DNA of 64,000 nucleotides from an uncultured bacterium. Its GTDB lineage: Bacteria > Verrucomicrobiota > Verrucomicrobiia > Limisphaerales > UBA8199. Positions 51,262 through 59,987 of the stretch are shown here, one piece after another. Where the stretch lies: contig CAVVMW010000023.1 of NCBI GenBank assembly GCA_963749495.1, forward strand, positions 512,001 through 576,000, read 5' to 3'. The notes beneath the pieces are model-generated. The model saw only the letters and a program-made list of their open reading frames with translations, did no database searches and was not told the DNA's origin. The first letter of the stretch is position 1. The number at the start of each line of letters is the position of its first letter. A program made the position numbers and the translations under genes.

Positions 51262-51522
51262 GGAGCGTAGATGGCGCCATTAAGGCCGGGATGGCGCAGC
51301 GTGTCAATAGGGAAGGGACCCCCCCAGGAACCGACCCCAAGCCCGAAGGTTTTGGACTGCCGCAGTCCAAAACGCTTCGCGGGACGGGGACACACGTTCG
51401 AGCTTCAGGGGCGTGAAGCGCGAATTCGTTCGGTGAATTCTTTCACGTTTCACGTTTCACGTTCGTTTTTCCTGTTACATTCCGCCCCTTCCTGGAACAG
51501 AGTAGGTGAGTGCAGCGCGTAG

Positions 51523-52053
51523 ATGGACCGACAACAAGAATTGATGGCTGAGTTTGTGGCGGGGCGCCACAGCTTGTTCGCCTTTATCCAGGGCTTCGTT
51601 CGCAACCCGCACGACAGCGAGGACATTTTCCAGGAGGTCTGGGTGCGTTTCTCGCGGGCCCTGGCGGAGGGGGTCGAGATTCAGGACCAGGCCAAGTGGT
51701 GCCGGGGCGCGGCCCGCAACCTCATGCTGCACTATTGGCGGGACCGGCGAAAGGAGGCCCTGCCGGCCGACGAGCAGTTGCTGGACCTAGCCGACCTGGC
51801 CTTCGCCGAGCAGGCGGCCAACCAGGACTACTGGCGCGCCCGGCAGGAGGCCCTCGCCGAGTGCATCCAGGAGTTGCCCCAGCGCGGGCAGAACCTGTTG
51901 CGCCTCAAGTATGAACAGGGCCTGCCCGCCGGCGAAGTCGCCGGGCGTCTCCGCCAAACCACCGCCGCCGTGCTCATGGCCCTCTCGCGCCTGCGCAGGG
52001 CACTGCGGGAGTGCGCCCAGAGGAAGCTGCGGCTCCAGGGGCTGGGGACGTGA
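51523..52053 (+). CDS. ECF sigma-70 factor
   Basis: SEDIFQEVW, WCRGAARN, region 4 LLRLKYEQG..LSRLRRALREC. Confidence 0.92.
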   Translation: MDRQQELMAEFVAGRHSLFAFIQGFVRNPHDSEDIFQEVWVRFSRALAEGVEIQDQAKWCRGAARNLMLHYWRDRRKEALPADEQLLDLADLAFAEQAANQDYWRARQEALAECIQELPQRGQNLLRLKYEQGLPAGEVAGRLRQTTAAVLMALSRLRRALRECAQRKLRLQGLGT

Positions 52054-52110
52054 AACGTGAAACGTGAAACGTGAAATGCGAACCGTGAAACGTGAAACGT
52101 GAAACGTGAA
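52048..52110. repeat. (CGTGAAA)n heptamer array between sigma and anti-sigma genes
   Basis: About 9 copies, contains the sigma TGA; inverse arrays at 51441-51463 and 52434-52460. Confidence 0.95.
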
Positions 52111-52116
52111 TTTACG

Positions 52117-53736
52117 ATGAACCGTCTGGAACACCTCCTTGCCCGATGGGAGGGGGGGACGCTCTCGGCCGTCGAGGCGGGGGAGCTCAAGCAACTGCTG
52201 GCCCAGCCCGGGGCGCGCGCCCAACTGGTGGACAATTGGCTGCTCGATGAAACGATTTACCATACCCTCCGCTCGCAGTTGGCCCAAGCGCCGGCGGCAG
52301 AGGCGGCGGCAGAGCAGCCTGCCCAGGTCCCGCCGGAGGCGCAAGCCCTGGGACATCGATCCACCAATCCACTAATCCGCCAATCCACTCCTCCGGCCCC
52401 GCTGCAGGCCCCGGACAGGCTGCTCCGCCGCGGTTCACGTTTCACGTTTCACGTTTCACGCAACCCCGCGCAGGCGCGAGGCCTGGAACACCAATCCATC
52501 AATCCATTAATCCGACAATCCACTCCCCAGGCCGCCAGCGGGGCGCCAAGCCTGGCCTGGCTCTTCCAGCGGCGGCAGCGGCGCTTCCGGTGGGTGGTGT
52601 GGCACGAGGTGCAGATTCCGCTGGGCTGGTCGCTGGGCGTTGCGGCGGCGGCCGTCCTCATCCTGGTGGGGCTCCATTCCTACTTCCAGCACAGTGCGGC
52701 AGGCGGACTCACGGACCTGCGCGGGGCAGTGACCGTCGAGCACGGCGGAGCCCGGCAGCCCGCTGTGCCCGGACGGCTGCTTCGCCCGGGCGACATCCTC
52801 CGCGTGCCCGCGGGCGGGGCGGCGAGCCTGGCCTGGGCCGGCGAAGCGACCCGCCTCGACTTGGCCGGGGGCGCGGAACTGCGGCTCTTCAACCCGATGT
52901 GGGGCAAACGGCTTTCGCTGGATACCGGCGCAATCGAGGCCTCCGTCGCCTCTCAACCCCGCTGGCGTCCCATGATTATCTCCACGCCGCAGGCCGAGGC
53001 AAAGGTCGTCGGCACCCGCTTCTCTCTCTCGGCGTTGGGGGCGGCAACGCGGCTCGACGTGCTGGAAGGGGCCGTCCGGCTGCGCAAGACCCACGCGGCC
53101 TCGAAGGACGAGCCGCGGGACGTGATTGTGCGCCCCGGCCAGACCGCCACTGCCGCCCCGGAGGTCCGGCTCCAGGCGCGGCTCCTTACCGGCTTCCTCT
53201 CCAGCCAGGTCTGGCTGGTGCCGCCCGGCACCGCGCTGGAGGATGCCCCCGCGTTGGGCACGCCCTCGACCCAGCTCGCCGCGGCCGCCGCCCCCAATGC
53301 CGTCGAGTGCCTCCGGGGCCTGCTCACCGCTCCTGCCACCGGCGATTACACCTTCTGGATTGCCTCTAAAGATGGCGAGACCCCCGCCCAACTCTGGCTC
53401 GGCACCGATGACCAGCCCACGCATAAGCGGAAGATCGCCTCGGTGACGCCGCCCGCCCAGGGCCCGCAGGCCGTGGGAGGGCGCGCCGCCGGCCCGGCCC
53501 GCCGCAGGGGCGCCCCCGCCGCCGCCCTCGAGGCAGATTTTAACCGGTTCCCCAGCCAAAAATCCGACCCCCAACGGCTGGTCCAGGGTCGGCGCTACTA
53601 CCTCGAATTGCGGCGCCAAGGCACCGGTCTGGAATCCCTCGACCTGGGTTGGAGCGTTCCAGGCCAGCCTGCCCGCCAGGAGATCGATAAGCAGGCCCTT
53701 TCCCCATTTTTTGACACAAGTGAGGTGAGCAAATGA
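52117..53736 (+). CDS. FecR-family anti-sigma factor with C-terminal PA14-like domain
   Basis: TM segment, STPQAEAKVVGTRF, LDVLEGAV; RGLLTAPATGDYTFWIAS..GRRYYLE. Confidence 0.85.
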   Translation: MNRLEHLLARWEGGTLSAVEAGELKQLLAQPGARAQLVDNWLLDETIYHTLRSQLAQAPAAEAAAEQPAQVPPEAQALGHRSTNPLIRQSTPPAPLQAPDRLLRRGSRFTFHVSRNPAQARGLEHQSINPLIRQSTPQAASGAPSLAWLFQRRQRRFRWVVWHEVQIPLGWSLGVAAAAVLILVGLHSYFQHSAAGGLTDLRGAVTVEHGGARQPAVPGRLLRPGDILRVPAGGAASLAWAGEATRLDLAGGAELRLFNPMWGKRLSLDTGAIEASVASQPRWRPMIISTPQAEAKVVGTRFSLSALGAATRLDVLEGAVRLRKTHAASKDEPRDVIVRPGQTATAAPEVRLQARLLTGFLSSQVWLVPPGTALEDAPALGTPSTQLAAAAAPNAVECLRGLLTAPATGDYTFWIASKDGETPAQLWLGTDDQPTHKRKIASVTPPAQGPQAVGGRAAGPARRRGAPAAALEADFNRFPSQKSDPQRLVQGRRYYLELRRQGTGLESLDLGWSVPGQPARQEIDKQALSPFFDTSEVSK

Positions 53737-54725
53737 TCACAGACGTTACTCTATTCCGGCCTGGGGAGGCCCGCGCAATGCCGCGAGCCGGCCACCGGGA
53801 GACCCTTGAATCCACCCGCTTCGCCCTGCCGGCGGCGGCGGCTAAAGAATCTCCGCGTCTCCGCGTCTCCGCGTCTCCGCGTCTCTCTGAAAAGGAGGGC
53901 GACTTCGTGCTGCGGCTCTACCTGCGCGACCTCTCGGCGGACTCGGAAGCGCGGCCGGTTGAGGCCCCCGCGGCGCGGCGCCCCCGGCGCCTCAACAAGT
54001 CGGGGCGCCGTCAGCTCGTGCTCGGCCACCTGCCCAAGGTGGTCCACATCGCCTTCGATTACCAGGGCTTCGGGCTGCCGATGAGCGACCTCATCAACGA
54101 GGGCAACATCGGCCTCATGCGGGCTGCCGAGTTGTTCGACCCGCTCCGCAACGTCACGTTCGCCTACTATGCCAGGCCGTGGATTCGCGTGCAGATGCAG
54201 CGCGCCATCAGCTACCAGGCCTGGCCCGTGAGCCTGCCGGCCGATTTCTCGTGGCGCCATGGCCAGGTCCACACTGCCCAACAGCGCTTGGCCGCCAAAC
54301 TCAATCGCCAGCCCGGGGATTCCGAACTGGCCGATGAGTGCGGCTTGGAGATGCCCGCCGTGCGGCGTCTCCGCTCGACCCCGCCGCCCTCCTTCGTCCC
54401 GCTCGACAGCCCGTGGCCCGGGAGTGAAACCGACCTGACGCTGGCCGAGGTGCTCCCCAATCAGACCGCCCCCACGCCGGACCGGGCGGCCGCCCTCCAG
54501 AGCGACCGGGAATTCATCGAGCGCCTCATTGCCATCCTCAGCCCGGCCGAGCAAACGGTCATCCGCCTCCGGTTCGGTTTGGATGACGCCTGCGAGCGCA
54601 CCCTCGAGGAAACCGGCCGGCTCCTGGGCTACGGCCGGCAGGGAATCCACCGCATCCAGTCCGTGGCCCTGTCCAAACTCCGCCAGCACGCCCGGTTCCT
54701 GCACAAAAGGGGCCAGCCATTTTAG
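53733..54725 (+). CDS. Sigma-70 family (RpoD/RpoS-like, no region 1.1) sigma factor
   Basis: DLINEGNIGLMRAAELFDP, FAYYARPWIR, IRLRFGL..TLEETG..ALSKLR. Confidence 0.88.
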   Translation: MITDVTLFRPGEARAMPRAGHRETLESTRFALPAAAAKESPRLRVSASPRLSEKEGDFVLRLYLRDLSADSEARPVEAPAARRPRRLNKSGRRQLVLGHLPKVVHIAFDYQGFGLPMSDLINEGNIGLMRAAELFDPLRNVTFAYYARPWIRVQMQRAISYQAWPVSLPADFSWRHGQVHTAQQRLAAKLNRQPGDSELADECGLEMPAVRRLRSTPPPSFVPLDSPWPGSETDLTLAEVLPNQTAPTPDRAAALQSDREFIERLIAILSPAEQTVIRLRFGLDDACERTLEETGRLLGYGRQGIHRIQSVALSKLRQHARFLHKRGQPF

Positions 54726-54824
54726 AGCGAATGCCGTCCCTTCGGGACTGGACCGTTTTGGGGCGCGCCAACCCAATGCGTTGAACCGTTGGGCTGTTGT
54801 CGGACGTCCCTTTGCGACAATCGT

Positions 54825-55180
54825 TAGAGCGTCTCCGAAAAACTCGCCGGAATGAAAACTTTGTCGCAGCCTTTGTCGAAACCTTCAGACCTCACTAAAT
54901 CGGCCGGTTTCCCTCTTGGAGAACACCAAAACCAATTCCAACAACAATCGCAGGAGGTCTCCCCACTTTTGGGGAATCCCCCTTGAGTTGCAACGACTTA
55001 CGCACTGGACACGGGAGATGCCTTGCGATTGTCCGGGGAAACCGGTTTGGGGTTCTCAGGACGGTAACGTGCCGGTTTTACTGAGGTCTGAACCTTTGTC
55101 GGATTCTCCATTTATCAACAAAGGCTGCGACAAAGGCCGCGACAAAGATTCGCAATCGGAGTTTTTCGGACACGCCCTTA
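54825..55180. mobile_element. Composite MITE: outer TIR element with family A arms and an inner 205-bp MITE
   Basis: Outer TAGAGCGTCTCCGAAAAACTC / GAGTTTTTCGGACACGCCCTTA; inner CAGACCTCA..TGAGGTCTG at 54886-55090 with AACCTT duplicated on both sides. Confidence 0.8.
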
Positions 55181-55783
55181 GCCGGTGGGCCCAGAACCCG
55201 TGCCGGGCAGGGCGGTTGCCTTTGCCTTGAGTTCCGCCTCGGTTTTGGCTTTGGCCTGGGCTTTGGCCTTCTCGGCGGCCAGGCGCGCGTCAACCTCGCC
55301 CGCTTCCCCGGGATGGATCTTGCGGTAGTGCTCGTTCGGTTTGGCCAGTTGCTCCTTGTGCAGGAGCAACCGGCCGAAGCGGTCGGCGGTGCTCAGTTCG
55401 TAGGCCACGTCCATCTTGATGGCGTCAAAGGGGCAGACCTCCACGCAAATCTGGCAGCTCATGCAGACCGAGATGTCCAGGTCGAAGACCTTGGGTTGGA
55501 ACTGGAGTTTGCCGGCGTAATCGGGTTTCTTGACGGTGTCTTTGACGATGTAAATGCACTGGGGCGGGCATTCCTTCTCGCAGATCTGGCAGGCCACGCA
55601 ACGCAGCCCCGGCTGCGGGTCCTGGCCGTCATAGACCAGGAATGGGAAATTGCGGGCGGCCTCCTGTTGGGGCAGCCGCTCTTCCGGGTACTGCACCGTG
55701 ACCAGCCGCTCGTCCCTGGCGTAGCTGCCCAGGAAGTTCCTGGCCGTCTCGACCATGCCCTTGATGATGCCTTCTCCTAACAC
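55178..55783 (-). CDS. nuoI: NADH-quinone oxidoreductase subunit I
   Basis: TVQYPEE, CVACQICEKECP, CMSCQICVEVCP. Confidence 0.93.
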   Translation of the reverse strand: MLGEGIIKGMVETARNFLGSYARDERLVTVQYPEERLPQQEAARNFPFLVYDGQDPQPGLRCVACQICEKECPPQCIYIVKDTVKKPDYAGKLQFQPKVFDLDISVCMSCQICVEVCPFDAIKMDVAYELSTADRFGRLLLHKEQLAKPNEHYRKIHPGEAGEVDARLAAEKAKAQAKAKTEAELKAKATALPGTGSGPTG

Positions 55784-55796
55784 GCTTACTCAGGAG

Positions 55797-55931
55797 TCAT
55801 TCGCCATTCGTCATTCCGCATTCCGCATTCGGTCCATTCGTCATTCGTCATTCGTCATTCGTCATTGCTCATTCCGCACTCCGCATTCCGCATTCCGCAT
55901 TCGGCGGCACTCCGCATTCCGCATTCCGCAC
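55797..55931. repeat. Interleaved (TCATTCG)n and (CATTCCG)n heptamer arrays between nuoD and nuoI
   Basis: Direct reading. Confidence 0.92.
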
Positions 55932-55932
55932 T

Positions 55933-57108
55933 CTATCTATCCACCTCTCCCATCACAATGTCCACGCTGCCAAGGATGACGACCACGTCGGCCACGAGGT
56001 GGCCTCGGCACAGGTCTTCGAGGATGGTCAGATTGATGAAGCTGGGGGGGCGGACGCGGTAACGATACGGGTTGGGGGAGCCGTCGCTGATGAGGTAGAA
56101 GCCCAACTCGCCCTTGGGGGCCTCGATGCGGGCGCAGGCCTCGCCCGGTTTTGGGCGGAAGCCGCGCAGCTTGGCCTTGGGGTCAATGACGGGACCCTCG
56201 GGCAGGTCGCGCAGGGCCTGGCGGAGGATGCGGACCGACTCGCGCATCTCCAGCACGCGCACCATGTAGCGGTCATAGACATCGCCATGGCCGCCCAGGG
56301 GCACCCGGAACTCGAAGCGGTCATAAATGCCGTAATGGTCCACCTTGCGGATGTCGTAATTGACGCCGCAGGCGCGCAGCATGGGGCCGGTGACGCCGGC
56401 ATTGACCGCCAGGTCGCGCGGCAGGACGCCCACTCCCTGCGTGCGGGACATGAGGATCTCGTTCTCGCTGAGCAAGCTCTCGAACTCGTCCAGGAAGCGG
56501 GGGAATTCGTCCGCCAATTTCTGCGCCTGTTCGGCCCAGCCGGGCGGCAGGTCGCACCGGCAGCCGCCGAACCGCATGTAGTTGCACATCATCCGCGCCC
56601 CGGTGAGCGATTCGAACAGGTCGAGTATCTTCTCCCGCTCGCGAAAGGCGTACATGAGCGGCGTCCCCGAGGCGCCCATGTCCTGGAGCAGGAAGCCTCC
56701 CAGGCAGGCATGGTTCTGCAGGCGCGTCAACTCGGCGGTGATCACGCGGAGGTACTCCGCGCGTTCGGGCACCGGGAGGCCCGCCAGCCTCTCGACCGCC
56801 AGCGCGTAGGCCCAGTTGTTGGTCAGCGAACAGAAGTAATCCAGGCGGTCGGTGTAGGGCATCGAGCCCAGGTAGGTCGTGTTCTCCCCAATCTTCTCAT
56901 GATTGCGATGCAGGTAACCGAAGACGGGCTTGAGCTGGACCACGCGCTCGCCGTCCAGGACAACGTCCATCCGGAAGACCCCGTGCGTGGAGGGATGCTG
57001 CGGCCCCATCGAGACCTCCAGCAGGCCGCCATCCAAGGCCGAGCCGTCCGGGGCGGTCTTGGGGGTGAGCCGGAAGGGTGGAGGCCCTTCGGTCTGGTTT
57101 AAAGTCAT
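55933..57108 (-). CDS. nuoD: NADH-quinone oxidoreductase subunit D
   Basis: [37 protein letters not shown]. Confidence 0.96.
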   Translation of the reverse strand: MTLNQTEGPPPFRLTPKTAPDGSALDGGLLEVSMGPQHPSTHGVFRMDVVLDGERVVQLKPVFGYLHRNHEKIGENTTYLGSMPYTDRLDYFCSLTNNWAYALAVERLAGLPVPERAEYLRVITAELTRLQNHACLGGFLLQDMGASGTPLMYAFREREKILDLFESLTGARMMCNYMRFGGCRCDLPPGWAEQAQKLADEFPRFLDEFESLLSENEILMSRTQGVGVLPRDLAVNAGVTGPMLRACGVNYDIRKVDHYGIYDRFEFRVPLGGHGDVYDRYMVRVLEMRESVRILRQALRDLPEGPVIDPKAKLRGFRPKPGEACARIEAPKGELGFYLISDGSPNPYRYRVRPPSFINLTILEDLCRGHLVADVVVILGSVDIVMGEVDR

Positions 57109-57320
57109 GCAGTCTCTTTGATGTGCAGCGAGCTGATCAGCGGCACGTCAATAATGGCCGTCCCCCCTGAATCCAAGTGAACGAACAGAACCCGCCCGTT
57201 GGGATGCATGTGGGCGTGCTCGCCAGTCGGCACTTCATATTCGCCGTCCCCTGCGACTTTGACGCGGAACGGGCGAAACGGTTCCTCTTCCAGCCTTCGT
57301 TTGAGTTCTTCTTTGTTCAT
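57105..57320 (-). CDS. Small hypothetical protein inserted between nuoC and nuoD
   Basis: [30 protein letters not shown]..; stop overlaps nuoD ATG. Confidence 0.7.
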   Translation of the reverse strand: MNKEELKRRLEEEPFRPFRVKVAGDGEYEVPTGEHAHMHPNGRVLFVHLDSGGTAIIDVPLISSLHIKETA

Positions 57321-57442
57321 GGCAGTTTGGTTTGGGCGGTTCGTCTTCCGGCCCAGCGTATCAAGTTTCCTGGTAAATGCCATCTGTGCAATGCCTTGGC
57401 CTTGTCCCTCCGGGACAACACGCGACGGCGCCGGCCCCGTTC

Positions 57443-58111
57443 TCAATGCGGTTCAACATCGTCCAACTCCCTGCTCTGGGCAGCACTGTGCTGCGCGGCG
57501 TGCAGCTTGGCCCTTTCCAGCACCTCGTCGTGCGCGGTCGGCTCATACTCGTAGTCGTCCGGCTCGACGTAGTCCTTGCGCATCGGGAAGTCCTTGAAGC
57601 CGTCCCACATCAGGATGCGGCGCAGGTCCGGGTGGCCCTCGAACACCACGCCAAACAGGTCGAAGACCTCGCGCTCCTGGAACTCGGCCGCGCGCCAAAC
57701 CGGGGTCAGCGAGGGCACGCGGGCCTGGTCCGCGCGGTCGGCGGTGCGCAGGCGCAGAATCACCGGGCCCTGTTTGCACTCCATCGAGTAAAGATGATAG
57801 ACCACCTCCAGGTATCCGGGTATCTTCCGCTCGGTGGTCTCCTCAATTTCCCGCTCCATCCCGTCAATGATGCGCTTGACCTTGCGTTTCTCCCGCACCA
57901 ATGAATCGGGCCAGTCCACTCCCGTGACATTCGAGGCATAGTCCAGCCGCAGCGAAGGGTCCTCCCGCAAGAAGCTCGCCACAGCCCTGGCGTGCCCGCT
58001 ATCCACCAGGAGCGAATGCTGGGCCGAGGGGCTGCCGTTGGGAACGATCTCCAAACGCGCCCCCGGCACCGCCGTCTCGATCCGGCTCTTGATCTGATTC
58101 AGGTCCACCAT
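57443..58111 (-). CDS. nuoC: NADH-quinone oxidoreductase subunit C
   Basis: VTGVDW, EREVFDLFG..FEGHPDLRRIL..PMRKDY. Confidence 0.94.
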   Translation of the reverse strand: MVDLNQIKSRIETAVPGARLEIVPNGSPSAQHSLLVDSGHARAVASFLREDPSLRLDYASNVTGVDWPDSLVREKRKVKRIIDGMEREIEETTERKIPGYLEVVYHLYSMECKQGPVILRLRTADRADQARVPSLTPVWRAAEFQEREVFDLFGVVFEGHPDLRRILMWDGFKDFPMRKDYVEPDDYEYEPTAHDEVLERAKLHAAQHSAAQSRELDDVEPH

Positions 58112-58119
58112 GCCACGCT

Positions 58120-58733
58120 TTATTTGCTCTCCACTCCCGGCGGTTTCCACACCTGCGGGTTGCTGGGCGGAGTCAGATCGTGGTCCCCGTGCTCGGGAAC
58201 CGGGAATTCGCTCGGGCCCCTGCCACCAGGTGCCGGGGACGCTCCGGGCCGGTGAGGGCCTGGCGCTGGATCTTCTCCTGGAGCGTGATGAGGGCGTGGA
58301 GCAGCGCCTCGGGCCGCGGCGGGCAGCCGGGAATATGGACGTCCACCGGTATATAGCGGTCGATCCCCTTGAGGACGTTATAGCCCTGTTTGAACGGCCC
58401 GCCGGAGATGGCGCACGCGCCCATGGCGATGACGTACTTGGGTTCGGGCATTTGGTTGTAAAGCCGCACCACCTGCGGGGCCATTTTCTTTGTGACCGTG
58501 CCGGCCACAATCATCAGGTCGGCCTGGCGCGGCGAGGGGCGAAACACCTCGGCGCCGAACCGGGCGATGTCCCACCGGGCCATCGAGGCCGCTATCATTT
58601 CGATCGCGCAACAGGCCAGGCCAAAACCCAGCGGCCAGACCGAGTTCTTGCGCCCCCAATTATAGAGCTCCTGGAGGCTCGTCGTGAAAATCCCCTGCCG
58701 GCTCAGTTCGTTGCGCAGTGCTTCATCGATCAT
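58120..58733 (-). CDS. nuoB: NADH-quinone oxidoreductase subunit B (frameshift near 58215 in the C-terminal tail)
   Basis: [28 protein letters not shown]. Confidence 0.95.
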
Positions 58734-58736
58734 CGC

Positions 58737-59114
58737 CTAGCTCCATGTGAGCACGCCTTTCTGCCAGGCCCAGGCCAGACCCTCGGCCAGCAGCAGCAGA
58801 AAGACCATCATCGCCACGAACGCCCCGGCCGGCAGCCCGGTGAACGAGACCGCAAACGGCAACACGAAAACGGCCTCCACGTCGAACACCAGGAACAGGA
58901 TGCCGTAGAGGTAATACTCCGACCTGAACTGCACCCAGGCGTCGCCCTTGGATTGGAGGCCGCACTCATAAATCGCGTTCTTCTCCCGACCAGGCTTCGC
59001 CGGCGAGAACTTTCTGGCCCAAAACCACGACACGCCCAGCGGGACCAGGCCGAAACCGAGGGCGGCGCCCAGGAGCAGAAGCAATGTTAAATAAGGGCTG
59101 CCTTCAACAAACAT
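58737..59114 (-). CDS. nuoA: NADH-quinone oxidoreductase subunit A
   Basis: YECG, FLVFDVE, WQKGVLTW. Confidence 0.95.
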   Translation of the reverse strand: MFVEGSPYLTLLLLLGAALGFGLVPLGVSWFWARKFSPAKPGREKNAIYECGLQSKGDAWVQFRSEYYLYGILFLVFDVEAVFVLPFAVSFTGLPAGAFVAMMVFLLLLAEGLAWAWQKGVLTWS

Positions 59115-59144
59115 AACCTGATTCGACTTCCAATCTCATGAGGC

Positions 59145-59173
59145 ACCCTACGGTGGGAACACCACCCCGTCAA
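59145..59173 (-). promoter_or_regulatory. Putative sigma70 promoter of nuoA
   Basis: TTGACG-N17-TAGGGT, 30 bp upstream of nuoA. Confidence 0.45.
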
Positions 59174-59355
59174 GGACCGCGCCGCCGCGGCCATGGCAGT
59201 ATGGCGCAATCCCGAACGAGCCGGCTGGAACTTCAAAACGAGCGAAACCGAGAGGAGTGTGGTGGAGTCATCGATGGCGAAATCGCGCTCAGGAGATTCT
59301 CTTCATGGTCTTGCCATAAATGATTTTGCTCATTCCCAAAAACCTAATGGTTCTG

Positions 59356-59647
59356 TCACGCCGGCGGGGGCGAGTCCTCTTTTTTCGGGGGCGGGCGGTG
59401 CAGGCCGACGGAACGGGCGAGGTCGTCGAACTCCTCGCGGCTGACCTCCTCGAGCAGCTTGCCCCTGGCGGCGAGCCTTTCGTTGATCTTGATTACTTTC
59501 TCGGTCATGACCTCGTGGGTCTCCTGGGACCCGCCGAGCAGGACAAAATTGGAACCGGTCGTCAATCGCTTGTGCCCGTCAGAATCGAGGCCGAGGCCCG
59601 AACATCAGGGTCTTGCGCGGCCGTTTCTTCTTGCTGGCATTGGCCAT
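59356..59647 (-). CDS. Hypothetical protein (frameshift near 59597)
   Basis: Joined: MANASKKKRPRKTLMFGLGLDSDGHKRLTTGSNFVLLGGSQETHEVMTEK. Confidence 0.65.
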
Positions 59648-59739
59648 ACGCCAAGGCTAAGGCCAACCCGGCGGGCCGTCAACACGAGAAGCTGGGCCAT
59701 GGTAACCGGTTCAATGAAGGCGGAGACGGAGTGCCGGGC

Positions 59740-59891
59740 AGACCCCTCACCCCGGCCCTCTCCCCTTCCAGGGGAGAGGGAGAGGCGTCGGCAGTCTCGG
59801 GAGCTCTCAGGCGTCTGCGCTTCCTCAAAGCGCCACAGGAAACTCTCCCTCTCCCCTTCCGAAGGGGAGAGGGCCGGGGTGAGGGGTCTGC
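59740..59891. repeat. Palindromic element (family F)
   Basis: AGACCCCTCACCCCGGCCCTCTCCCC..GGGAGAGGGCCGGGGTGAGGGGTCT. Confidence 0.9.
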
Positions 59892-59987
59892 CCCGTGACG
59901 CTCCCACCTTCTGGGGCCTTACGGGGGCCCTCAATTTCGCCTGACAAGGCGGGGGCGGGCTGGTAGATGTTGCGCAACAAAACAATT

